DNA of 64,000 bases from Candidatus Poribacteria bacterium. GTDB lineage: Bacteria > Poribacteria > WGA-4E > JAJDTR01. Each line of letters begins with the position of its first letter. The stretch's first letter is position 1. Positions 29,917-39,485 of this stretch are shown here, piece after piece. The position numbers were made by a program, and so were the translations under genes. The DNA lies in contig CBDCTK010000002.1 in the NCBI GenBank assembly GCA_965222225.1, forward strand, positions 5,280,001 to 5,344,000, given 5' to 3'. The notes under the pieces were generated by a model. The model saw nothing but the letters and a program-made list of their open reading frames with translations. It had not been told where the DNA came from and searched no databases.

Positions 29917-31008
29917 ATGAAAGCGACAATTGCAGTATTGGAAGGCGACGGAATCGGTCCCGAAATCATGGCAGAAGGTCTCAAGGTCCTTGATGCCATA
30001 GCAGCGCGATACAACCACGATTTTGAATATAAACGATGCGCGTTCGGTGCCGCTGCGTATTTCACCACGGGATCGGCATTTCCGGACCAAACCCGTGAAG
30101 TATGTGATGAGGCAGATACCATCATCAAGGGGCCCGTTGGGATTGCCGTTCGAGAAATGAACCGAATTCCTACCGAGGAACGACCTGAGTTGGCGGTATT
30201 GGAATTGCGAGAACGATACACGACCTTCGCCAATTATCGCCCCGTAAAACTACCGTCATCTTTGGCTAGCTTCTCGCCACTGCGTGAGGATCGTTTGGGA
30301 GCAGGCATCGACATTCTCATGATCCGAGAACTCACGGGGGATATATACTTCGGTAAAAAGCGGGAGGGAAAGGACACCGGAATGCAATTTGCCCAAGACG
30401 ATTGTGTCTACACGGAGGAGCAGATTCGGCGTGTTGCAACGACTGCCTTTGAAGAGGCGCGGGCTCGGAACGTGCAGCTCACCAACGTTGATAAAGCGAA
30501 TATACTTGCCACCTCAAGGTTCTGGCGCGCAATTGTGGAGGAAACCGCCCGCTCATTTCGGGAGGTGCCGCTTCAGCACGTGTTGGTGGACAATGCAGCC
30601 TACCAACTCGTCATCGATCCGACACAGTTCAACGGCGTGATGTTACTTGGCAATATGAACGGTGACATTTTGAGCGATGAAGCGGGAGGAATCATCGGAT
30701 CCCTCGGACTTATGCCATCAGCCTGCGTGGGCCCTGAGAAAGTTTTCGTGGAACCCGTGCACGGTGCGGCACCGGACATTGCGGGTACGGGACAAGCTAA
30801 TCCTTATTCGATGATTGGCAGCGCCGCCCTGATGCTTGAAAAAGGACTTGGGCTAAACGAGGAATCTAATCTGATCTGGGACTGCCTATTTGGTGTTTTT
30901 GAACAAGGCTATGTTACGGCCGAGCTTGCCGCGGCGGTGAAACGGGGAACGGTACTTTCTACGTCGGAGTTTGGGGATCGCGTAGCAAGCGCGATACAAA
31001 CGGCTTAA
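29917..31008 (+). CDS. leuB: 3-isopropylmalate dehydrogenase
   Basis: GDGIGPEI, FANYRP, RELTGDIYFG, VDKANIL, GDILSDEA, EPVHGAAPDIAG. Confidence 0.9.
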   Translation: MKATIAVLEGDGIGPEIMAEGLKVLDAIAARYNHDFEYKRCAFGAAAYFTTGSAFPDQTREVCDEADTIIKGPVGIAVREMNRIPTEERPELAVLELRERYTTFANYRPVKLPSSLASFSPLREDRLGAGIDILMIRELTGDIYFGKKREGKDTGMQFAQDDCVYTEEQIRRVATTAFEEARARNVQLTNVDKANILATSRFWRAIVEETARSFREVPLQHVLVDNAAYQLVIDPTQFNGVMLLGNMNGDILSDEAGGIIGSLGLMPSACVGPEKVFVEPVHGAAPDIAGTGQANPYSMIGSAALMLEKGLGLNEESNLIWDCLFGVFEQGYVTAELAAAVKRGTVLSTSEFGDRVASAIQTA

Positions 31009-31131
31009 GTTCTGCGGTTTGACAAATCACTTGGCGTTCTTCGGTGGAGCGATCTCCGAATCGCGACTTCAATTCCTCCCAGTGATTCAGAGCAACTGCC
31101 ACTTGAATCTCCACGGTTCAACCGACAAATG

Positions 31132-31977
31132 TTATCGCTTAGTCGCTAATTCACGTTTTAGCCGTTTGGCGTTCTCAATCTTAACCTCGAATTGTCGTAA
31201 ATCACTAGCCTTTTCAAGAAAGAGATTCAGATACAATTGGGTCATGGACGCATTGCCCTCCTCCTTGTACAACTGACTGAGCCGGTAATAGACCTCCGGA
31301 TCCGTCGAGTCGAGCGACAACGCCTTTTCATACGTGCGAATCGCTTGATTCAATCGTCCCGAATCTTGAAACGCTTCGCCCAAGCTAACATGCGCATCCG
31401 CGTCGCTTTGATCTAGGCTGATTGTCCTCTCGTAATTCTCGATAGCAACCTCAAACTCTCCCCGCGCGTGCTGAGCCACCGCCAAATTATAATAGGCATC
31501 TTGGAATTCCGGGTCAATTTCGATTGCCCCACGATAGGCTTTGACCGCTTCTTCAAATTCGCCCTCACTGTCGTAAGCGTATCCCAAATTGTTATAGAAC
31601 ACTGGATTGTCCGGCTCCACCCGAATCGCCTCCCGGAACGCTTTAGTCGCCTCATCATTTAGCCGCAAACTTAGGTATACCAATCCAAGGTGGTTATGAG
31701 TTTTCGCGTTCTCGTCATCAAGGCTCACCGCCGTCCGGAATGCCTCAATCGCTTTATCGTGCTCGCCCAGATCATGGTAGGTTTTCCCGAGTTGAAAGTG
31801 TCCCTCCGCGTCCTCCGGCGTTAAACCCATTCCCATTCTAAGTTTGAACGCTTCGCGTTTAAGTTGCTCTTGCCGTTGCGTGGCTTCATCGGGAGGCTGG
31901 CAACCTGAGAATATGAGCCAGGCGCTGAGCATAATACGAATCGAGGTGTGTAGTCGACTGAACGATGGCGAACGCAT
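31132..31977 (-). CDS. TPR-repeat putative lipoprotein
   Basis: Lipobox-like FSGC; about six TPR repeats. Confidence 0.85.
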   Translation of the reverse strand: MRSPSFSRLHTSIRIMLSAWLIFSGCQPPDEATQRQEQLKREAFKLRMGMGLTPEDAEGHFQLGKTYHDLGEHDKAIEAFRTAVSLDDENAKTHNHLGLVYLSLRLNDEATKAFREAIRVEPDNPVFYNNLGYAYDSEGEFEEAVKAYRGAIEIDPEFQDAYYNLAVAQHARGEFEVAIENYERTISLDQSDADAHVSLGEAFQDSGRLNQAIRTYEKALSLDSTDPEVYYRLSQLYKEEGNASMTQLYLNLFLEKASDLRQFEVKIENAKRLKRELATKR

Positions 31978-32143
31978 GGTGGCTATCTCATTGGTGACAA
32001 CGGAGTGGATGGACTGTGGTAAAATTTTAGTAGGAACAGATAAGTTGGCGAGAACTCGAACTTCTCAATCCGTGGATTTGAGGATTGGCAGAGCCTTGAT
32101 AAATTCGCAAAAAGCAGAGACGTCACCCGCTATTGGCGGGGTA

Positions 32144-32713
32144 TTACGGCAACCGGCGGAACACATCGCTCAACGGTTTTCGAGGCGAATTTCCAATCAC
32201 CGCTGGATAACCCGTATAGAAAAAGCCAATGATGTATTCGCGTGCACTATCAATACCGAGCAAACGATACGTGTTCGGCTCCATCGTAATCTTTCCCGTA
32301 CTCCACTGCATACCGATGCCCATCTCCCAGGCGACGAGCTGGACGCTCATCATCGCACAGCACGCAGCCGCATAATCCTCTCGACGCTGTTGTTCGTCAC
32401 CGTCCTGAATGCAGGAAACCGCGATGATAGTGGGCTTTGACATCAGTTTTTGAAAACCGGCTTCACCAATCTTCTCCTTGTTCTCTGCACTCACGTGATC
32501 TGCCGCTTTCTCTATTTGAATCTCTCGATACCGTTCTGCGAGGGTCAGTTTTGTTTCTTCGCCGACGACCGTGAATCGCCAAGGTTCGGTAAGTTTGTGA
32601 TTGGGTGCGAAGATCCCGAAACCCAAGATTTTCTCGATAACATCATTGGGTATTGGATCCGGCTTGAACTTAAAAATCGTGCGACGCGACATAACTGTCT
32701 CTGAAACTGTCAT
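32144..32713 (-). CDS. Nitroreductase family protein
   Basis: SRRTIFKF, APNHKLTEPWRF, GIGMQWST. Confidence 0.9.
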   Translation of the reverse strand: MTVSETVMSRRTIFKFKPDPIPNDVIEKILGFGIFAPNHKLTEPWRFTVVGEETKLTLAERYREIQIEKAADHVSAENKEKIGEAGFQKLMSKPTIIAVSCIQDGDEQQRREDYAAACCAMMSVQLVAWEMGIGMQWSTGKITMEPNTYRLLGIDSAREYIIGFFYTGYPAVIGNSPRKPLSDVFRRLP

Positions 32714-32797
32714 GGTCAGATAGCCTCCAACTAAAATGTGCACTATTGCGGATGTTCAATCCTGAAACGTCTGCTAAATTCTAATTCTTAATCTTTA

Positions 32798-33595
32798 TCA
32801 AACCCAACCAATTAACCTCAAATATCCTTTCCACATCCCCTCTCCCCAAAAGAGGTCCAACACCGCCGCAATCGCCAAAAATGGTCCATAAGGAATCGGA
32901 TGCTGTCGATTGCGCTCGGTAAATAGGATTAGCAGTACCCCTACGATTGAGCCAATAAGTGCGGATAAAACGACCACAATCAACAGGTGCGGCCACGCGC
33001 CCAGAAACAGCCCAATCAGTGCCATCAACTTGATGTCTCCGCCGCCCATGGCTTCCTTGCGCAAGATCGCCTTTCCTAGGGTTCCTATTAACAACAGAAT
33101 CCCACCACCTGCAACCGTCCCGATTAGATGTTCAAGAAGGTAATACCAATCCTGTTGTTGCACGGATATGGCGACGGTTATCCCTAGGCCTAGCAAGAGT
33201 CCGATGGCGACAATGGCATCGGGGATGATGTACCATCGCGCGTCAATCCATGAAACCGCTATGAGCAGCGCAACGAAAAGACACCCATGAACGAAGTCTA
33301 GCGTTAAGCCGAACCGATAATACATAAACAGAAACAACCCGCCCGTAATCAATTCGACGAACGGGTATGCAATCGAAATTCGGGTTCCGCAATCCCGGCA
33401 TCGCCCGTGCAGGAGGATATAACTTAGGACGGGAATGTTATCGTAGAATCTTATCGTAGCCTGACATTTTGGACAAATCGACCATCGGGGAGAGTTTATG
33501 GTAAGCCCGTCGCGTGGGATACGGTAGATGCAGACATTCAGGAAACTGCCGATCAGCAAACCAAGCACGAAGATTAAGAACGGTGCTACTTCCAC
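32798..33595 (-). CDS. pilD: Prepilin peptidase
   Basis: GSFLNVCIYRIP, two CxxC motifs, MGGGDIKL, IPYGPFL. Confidence 0.95.
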   Translation of the reverse strand: MEVAPFLIFVLGLLIGSFLNVCIYRIPRDGLTINSPRWSICPKCQATIRFYDNIPVLSYILLHGRCRDCGTRISIAYPFVELITGGLFLFMYYRFGLTLDFVHGCLFVALLIAVSWIDARWYIIPDAIVAIGLLLGLGITVAISVQQQDWYYLLEHLIGTVAGGGILLLIGTLGKAILRKEAMGGGDIKLMALIGLFLGAWPHLLIVVVLSALIGSIVGVLLILFTERNRQHPIPYGPFLAIAAVLDLFWGEGMWKGYLRLIGWV

Positions 33596-34047
33596 CAGTA
33601 CTTGGCTCCTTCCTCTGGGTCCTTATGATACACACGGCTAATCTCCGCAACGCCTCCGTGTTTGTATTTTTCCGGTACGCGGGGATGGTCTGCAAAAACA
33701 CACACCTTGTATATATCCGGCAAGAGTTGATAGCTCCCTCCCCACGGTGTTTGGGGAAGGTCTTCAAGGTAACTTCCCTTCCAGCCTTCAAGTCCGGGGT
33801 TGGTAACCAGATCTTCCAGCCTCATGGGATATGTGTTGGTATGCCTGTGAAATTTCTTAATGACTCCGGCAATCATGTCCACGTCGTTGTCGGCAGACAA
33901 AACTTTTCGGTCATATTCTAGATACGGTGGCAACGAAAGGGCGGCGATAAGAATGACTAGCGCGACCAAAATGAGTAGCTGTACTAGTGTCATGCCGGCT
34001 GCACAAGATCCGAATCTGCTTTTTGCGTTATTCAGAGTATGGTTCAT
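33586..34047 (-). CDS. Type IV pilin / GspG-like pseudopilin
   Basis: G|MTLVQLL hydrophobic N-terminus; YP..LEDLV..PG...WKGSYL...PWG..Y. Confidence 0.8.
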   Translation of the reverse strand: MNHTLNNAKSRFGSCAAGMTLVQLLILVALVILIAALSLPPYLEYDRKVLSADNDVDMIAGVIKKFHRHTNTYPMRLEDLVTNPGLEGWKGSYLEDLPQTPWGGSYQLLPDIYKVCVFADHPRVPEKYKHGGVAEISRVYHKDPEEGAKYWWK

Positions 34048-35453
34048 CAGTATGGTTCATCATCTGGACGTTTGATGTTGTATTTGGCGAGTTTTTTGTA
34101 GAAATTACTTCTCTCTATTTTCAATTGTTCCGCAGTTTGTTTCACATTCCAGCGGTTAGCCTCGAGCGCTTGGAGAACGAAACTCTTCTCGGCTTCATCG
34201 ACCAACTTTTGTAGTGAGCCGTTTGATTGCGGTTGAAGACTGATGGACGTTGCGTCAATCTCTATTACAGCCTCATGTGCAACTGGGAGGACAGCGGCGA
34301 CATCGTCGGCGATGATGGTTTCACGAGGTACCATGATGAGCAAGCGTTCGACGATGTTCTTCAACTCCCGAATATTGCCCGGCCAGTCGTACGATTGCAT
34401 GACGCGAATTGCCGAAGGGTCGATTGTCTTGATCGAACGCGCATTATCCCGATGAAATCGCTCGACGAAGTGTTGTACCAATAGCGGTAAATCATCCTGC
34501 CGATTCTGTAATGGCGGTACGGAGATAGGCACCACATTTAAGCGATAGTAAAGGTCCTGCCGAAAGCTTCCATTCTCAATCTCTTTATCCAAGGCTTTGT
34601 TGGTCGCTGCGATAACTCTTACGTCAACATGCAGCGTTTGGCTGCCGCCGAGACGCTGAATTTCACCATACTCAAGCACTCGCAATACTTTCGCCTGCGC
34701 CTTCAGGCTCATATCCCCGATTTCGTCGAGAAACAGCGTGCCGCCATCTGCCAGTTCAAATTTGCCGCGGCGCTGGTGCGCTGCCCCGGTGAATGCGCCC
34801 CGTTCGTGTCCGAATAACTCACTTTCAATGAGTTCGTCTGGGAGAGCGGCGCAATTCAGTGGAATGAATGGCTTTCGGTTTCGTTGACTCTGCTGATGGA
34901 TAGCATCGGCGACGAGTTGTTTGCCCGTGCCGTTTTCTCCTGTGATGAGTACGCTCAAGTCACTTGACGCCACCTGCCTAATTTGTGTTCGGAGTTGCTG
35001 TATAGCGCCCCCTGTCCCAATCATCTCATCCTTGACGCCAATCTGAGATTTAAGAACTTCGTTCTCCCGAGATAGGCGTAATAGTTCTAGAAAAGGATTA
35101 ACAGTGTGAAGGATCTCGGATACAGTTTTGGGCTTGACGAGGTAATTCCTTGCGCCAAGTTCCATTGCTTTAACCGCGGTTTCAATGTCCTGTTGCGCGG
35201 ACATCATTACCACATTCAAATCCGGCTGGGTTTTTCTCAGATTCGTTAATGTCTCTATGCCATTCATTCCGCCCGGCATGATTATGTCAAGCAGCACAAG
35301 GTCTACGGCTTTTGAGGCGCAGATTTCCACTGCTTTCTCTCCGCTTGAAGCCGTTAGCGCTGTATAGCCTTCGAGTTTTAGACCTTGCGAGACCGATGCC
35401 AAGGCGTTTTTTTCGTCGTCTACAATTAGAATCGTACCCTTCGTTGATGCCAT
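34047..35453 (-). CDS. Sigma-54-dependent response regulator (NtrC/NtrX family)
   Basis: Receiver IVDDE / LLDI; GENGTGK; GAFTGA; Fis-type HTH. Confidence 0.95.
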   Translation of the reverse strand: MASTKGTILIVDDEKNALASVSQGLKLEGYTALTASSGEKAVEICASKAVDLVLLDIIMPGGMNGIETLTNLRKTQPDLNVVMMSAQQDIETAVKAMELGARNYLVKPKTVSEILHTVNPFLELLRLSRENEVLKSQIGVKDEMIGTGGAIQQLRTQIRQVASSDLSVLITGENGTGKQLVADAIHQQSQRNRKPFIPLNCAALPDELIESELFGHERGAFTGAAHQRRGKFELADGGTLFLDEIGDMSLKAQAKVLRVLEYGEIQRLGGSQTLHVDVRVIAATNKALDKEIENGSFRQDLYYRLNVVPISVPPLQNRQDDLPLLVQHFVERFHRDNARSIKTIDPSAIRVMQSYDWPGNIRELKNIVERLLIMVPRETIIADDVAAVLPVAHEAVIEIDATSISLQPQSNGSLQKLVDEAEKSFVLQALEANRWNVKQTAEQLKIERSNFYKKLAKYNIKRPDDEPY

Positions 35454-35634
35454 GTGCGAATACCTCAGAAAAACTCCTTACTGACTACGCAATTCAGATT
35501 GTAGGGAATAAAGATCGTTTCAGCAAATCATCATTTTTGCTTTTTGCGTAAATCCTGTTCATGTGTTTTTGCAGAATCGCACCAAAAATCATCTTGGATA
35601 TAACCTCACACTTGGAACCTTATTCGCTATAAGG

Positions 35635-35808
35635 GTACATTTGTAGGGTGGGCACTGCCCACCCTTTCTCGTAGAGACCCCGTAGTGACCGATCAGCTGA
35701 GATCAACCGAACGATCAACTGAGTGGATAACGAAGGCGATAGTAAATCCTACAGTGGGGGATCAAGTGAGTGGACAACGAACGCGATAGCTAATCCCGAT
35801 AGAGATCC
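35635..35808 (+). repeat. GTAG-REP followed by a doubly nested cassette cluster
   Basis: REP GTACATTTGTAGGGTGGGCACTGCCCAC; cassettes at 35691, 35701, 35713-35749 and 35760-35796. Confidence 0.87.
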
Positions 35809-36001
35809 TTCTCCTGATTGCGAATTTTTGTGGTATCGGCAATCATCAAATCGCCGATTTACTCTTTTAGCAGGGAATCTTCAAGGAGTGGCAACACAAA
35901 AAAACATGGGGCAGACTTCCCTTACACGCACCGAAATTGCTATGCCATATATTTTCAAGCATACCCCTTTTTTCATTAACGGCAAAAATCGCCATCGCCA
36001 C

Positions 36002-37987
36002 CTATCCCTCCTTAAGTTCCCGCTTCAGTTCGGAAATCTGATCTCGCAGCGCCGCTGCCTGCTCAAACTCTAGCCCGGCGGCAGCCTTTTGCATCTGAGA
36101 AGTCAATTGAGTAAGCAACGCTTGGATTTCTTCGGCGCCAACATCCGCCAATGTTGGGACAGCATCAGTTGTTTCTGATTCATCAGGTTTGTCCGTTAAC
36201 TTGGTAATGAGGTCATGGATAGTTTTGTCAATCGTGGTTGGCGTGATGCCGTGTTCCTCGTTATACGCCATCTGAATCTCGCGCCGTCGGTTGGTTTCAT
36301 CAATCGCGTTCCGGATGGCATCCGTGGCTTCATCGGCATACAGCAGCACCTCTCCATCCACGTTCCGAGCGGCGCGCCCCGCAGTTTGAATGAGCGATGT
36401 TTCCGATCGAAGGAAACCCGCGCGATCCGCGTCAAGAATCGCGACAAGCGACACCTCGGGGAGATCCAAACCTTCCCGCAAGAGATTAATTCCCACGATT
36501 ACATTGAAAATACCTTCTCGAAGTTCGCGTAAAATCTGCACGCGTTCAAACGTTTCGACCTCCGAGTGAAGGTAATTTGCCTTAATCCCAGCCTCCGCAA
36601 GATAATCCGTAAGGTCTTCCGCCATGCGTTTGGTGAGTGTTGTCACAATTACGCGCTGATTCTGGGCAACACGTGCGTTGATTACACCAATCAAATGATC
36701 AATCTGCCCTTCTACCGGGTGGACGACAATCTGCGGATCTATTAAGCCCGTTGGACGAATAATCTGTTCAACCACCTGATTGCTGCTGTGCAATTCGTGT
36801 TTTCCGGGTGTGGCTGAAACGAAAATAGCTTGATTGATATAAGAGTCCAACTCTTCAAAGCGCAGCGGACGATTGTCCAGTGCAGAAGGGAGGCGAAAGC
36901 CGTAATCTACGAGGGTTTCCTTACGTGAACGGTCGCCGCGATACATTCCACGTAACTGTGGCACCGTCACATGAGATTCGTCAATGAACATTAGGTAATC
37001 ATCAGCGAAGTAGTCAATCAGACAGTACGGTGGTTGACCCGGTTCTAGACCGGAGAGGTGACGCGAGTAATTTTCGATGCCGGAACAGTAGCCGACTTCA
37101 CGCAGCATCTCAAGATCAAAGCGTGCGCGTTGCTCAATTCGCTGTGCTTCCAGCAGCTTGTTGTTTGCGACAAAGTAGTCAATTCGTTCCTGAAGTTCTG
37201 TTTCGATGTTCACCAATGCTTCGTCAAAGAGTTCCGCGTCCGTCATAAAGTGTTTGGCGGGAAAGATTTCAACGGCGTCATGTGCCGATAATATCTCCCC
37301 TGTCAGTGTATCAATCTCAGTCAGTCGATCCACCTCATCCCCGAAAAGTTCGATTCGGTAAGCAGTGTTCGCATAAGCCGGGAACACCTCAATAACGTCG
37401 CCACGGGCACGGAAATTACCCTGCAAAAATTCGACATCGTTACGCTCATACTGAATAGTGACCAGTGCCCGCAAGAGTTTCTGACGCTTAATCACCTCTC
37501 CCACTTTAACCTCAACCTTATGAAGATCGTACTCCTTCGGCGATCCGATTCCGTAGATACAGGACACGCTGGCGACAATAATGACGTCACGGCGGGAGAG
37601 CAACGACGCCGTCGAGGCGAGCCTCAGGCGGTTAATTTCTTCGTTAATCTGGATATCTTTTTCGATATAGGTATCAGTGGAAGGGATATAGGCTTCCGGC
37701 TGGTAGTAGTTGTAGTAGCTGACGAAGTAATGCACCGCGTTATTGGGAAAGAAATCTCGAAACTCGCTGTACAACTGCGCCGCAAGAGTTTTGTTCGGGG
37801 AGATGACTATCGTTGGACGCTGCATCTCGGCAATTACGTGCGCCATAGTAAAGGTCTTTCCTGAACCTGTGACCCCAAGCAGTGTCTGTAATCGGTCCCC
37901 GTTTTTCAAACCTTTGGTAAGTTGACGAATTCCCTCTGGTTGATCGCCTTGAGGCTCGTAGTCTGAAATTAACTTGAACTCTTGCAT
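36002..37987 (-). CDS. uvrB: Excinuclease ABC subunit B
   Basis: [34 protein letters not shown]-terminal UVR domain. Confidence 0.98.
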   Translation of the reverse strand: MQEFKLISDYEPQGDQPEGIRQLTKGLKNGDRLQTLLGVTGSGKTFTMAHVIAEMQRPTIVISPNKTLAAQLYSEFRDFFPNNAVHYFVSYYNYYQPEAYIPSTDTYIEKDIQINEEINRLRLASTASLLSRRDVIIVASVSCIYGIGSPKEYDLHKVEVKVGEVIKRQKLLRALVTIQYERNDVEFLQGNFRARGDVIEVFPAYANTAYRIELFGDEVDRLTEIDTLTGEILSAHDAVEIFPAKHFMTDAELFDEALVNIETELQERIDYFVANNKLLEAQRIEQRARFDLEMLREVGYCSGIENYSRHLSGLEPGQPPYCLIDYFADDYLMFIDESHVTVPQLRGMYRGDRSRKETLVDYGFRLPSALDNRPLRFEELDSYINQAIFVSATPGKHELHSSNQVVEQIIRPTGLIDPQIVVHPVEGQIDHLIGVINARVAQNQRVIVTTLTKRMAEDLTDYLAEAGIKANYLHSEVETFERVQILRELREGIFNVIVGINLLREGLDLPEVSLVAILDADRAGFLRSETSLIQTAGRAARNVDGEVLLYADEATDAIRNAIDETNRRREIQMAYNEEHGITPTTIDKTIHDLITKLTDKPDESETTDAVPTLADVGAEEIQALLTQLTSQMQKAAAGLEFEQAAALRDQISELKRELKEG

Positions 37988-38030
37988 GGTGTTTCTTGCC
38001 GGGACGTATGATAGCTCCTATGGACATTGT

Positions 38031-39068
38031 TTACGGTATATCGGATGGACTTAGACAAATCTTGCCGAAATTTTCACGCGCTTCCATTATTCGGTGTGCT
38101 TCGGCGGCTTGGTGCAGAGGCAACACGCGGTCGATTATTGGATGCAACTTTCCCTGCTCCGCGAGACGAATAATCGTGCGTAATTCCGAGGTCGTACCCA
38201 ACGCCGATCCCATAAGTGTCAACTGCTTCTGATACATCTTGCGAATGTCGATTTCACCAATGTTGCCGGTCGTTACACCGCACGAAACGAGTCGCCCCTT
38301 TTTGGCAAGACACGCGATGCTCTTGTCCCACGTCGCCGCTCCAACATGCTCAAATACGACATCAACGCCGCGGTTGCCCGTTTCTTCACGGATAGTCTCG
38401 CTGAAATCTGCCTCCGCGTAATTGATTGTAAAATCGGCGCCCAGTTGTTGCGCGCGTTGCAGTTTCTCGTCGGTGCTTGCGGTCGCAAAAACACGCGCGC
38501 CGCACAACTTGGCAATTTGTAGCCCGGCGCTGCCGACGCCGCTGCCTGCTGATAAAATCAGCACGTCCTCTCCGGGACGAACCCCGGCACGGGCCACTAG
38601 CATGTGCCACGCCGTGAGGTACGCCATCGGCATCGCAGCCGCTTCATAGTAGGAAAGATGGGGGGAGAGTAACGTTGCATTCTCGGCGGGAGCTTTGACG
38701 TATTCGGCGTACCCGCCGTTGGTTTGGAACCCAAGGAGAATCTGCGAGTCACATAAATTCTCATCGCCGTTGAGGCAGTCAACGCACTGACCGCACGGAA
38801 TGCAAGGCGATAAAACAACGCTATCCCCGACAGCTACATTATGCACCTCGGCGCCGACCTCAACCACCTCACCGGCGATATCGGAACCCAGAATATGCGG
38901 GAAAGGTTGCACCTCCGGGCGATCGCGACGTGCACGAATATCAAGGTGGTTGACGGCGCAAGCGCAGACTTTTACCACGATTTCCGACGCAGCGATAGTC
39001 GGATCCGGCACTTCCTCATAACGCAACTTACCGATTCCGCCCTGCTCGTGGAAAACGACTGCTTTCAT
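38031..39068 (-). CDS. Zn-binding dehydrogenase (quinone oxidoreductase-like MDR)
   Basis: NHLD, CGQCVDC, SAGSGVG, FGKI. Confidence 0.92.
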   Translation of the reverse strand: MKAVVFHEQGGIGKLRYEEVPDPTIAASEIVVKVCACAVNHLDIRARRDRPEVQPFPHILGSDIAGEVVEVGAEVHNVAVGDSVVLSPCIPCGQCVDCLNGDENLCDSQILLGFQTNGGYAEYVKAPAENATLLSPHLSYYEAAAMPMAYLTAWHMLVARAGVRPGEDVLILSAGSGVGSAGLQIAKLCGARVFATASTDEKLQRAQQLGADFTINYAEADFSETIREETGNRGVDVVFEHVGAATWDKSIACLAKKGRLVSCGVTTGNIGEIDIRKMYQKQLTLMGSALGTTSELRTIIRLAEQGKLHPIIDRVLPLHQAAEAHRIMEARENFGKICLSPSDIP

Positions 39069-39087
39069 GAAGGCCCTTCGCTATGCA

Positions 39088-39426
39088 TCACCCGCTAATC
39101 GCCGCCGCGACAATTAACCCGAGTGCAATCAATAACCCGGCGACTGCCACTCCAGCCGCAGTGTTATTGTCTTCGGCAATCTCGTGATTCAGGTGATAGG
39201 GCGTAACGGCGTCGAATATCTTGTATCCAACTAACAAGACGACTAGACCGACGACGCTGAATACGATGCTTTCGATAACTAAGCCTACGAGAACCTTTAT
39301 GTCAAGCATAGCTGTGCTTCCGGCAGCGGCGACATCGTCGGCACGAGCATGTGTCGCAAGTATTGCCGCAGAAACAATCCAAATAATCGTTAGACAGAAA
39401 GTGATGCGGACGATTTTCTTAGCCAT
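39088..39426 (-). CDS. DUF350 membrane protein
   Basis: KIFDAVTPYHLNHEIAEDNNTAAG. Confidence 0.85.
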   Translation of the reverse strand: MAKKIVRITFCLTIIWIVSAAILATHARADDVAAAGSTAMLDIKVLVGLVIESIVFSVVGLVVLLVGYKIFDAVTPYHLNHEIAEDNNTAAGVAVAGLLIALGLIVAAAISG

Positions 39427-39485
39427 TGGTATCTCCTTATTTGTGGTATGTGAAGTTAGCGCCTAATGAACCATTAAAGAACGAA

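Noticed and set aside
35723-36073. Short ORFs over repeat regions (also 1059-1301, 6690-6941, 23609-23830, 52966-53154)
   Set aside because: They are translations of REP/cassette DNA with no RBS or recognisable motifs.
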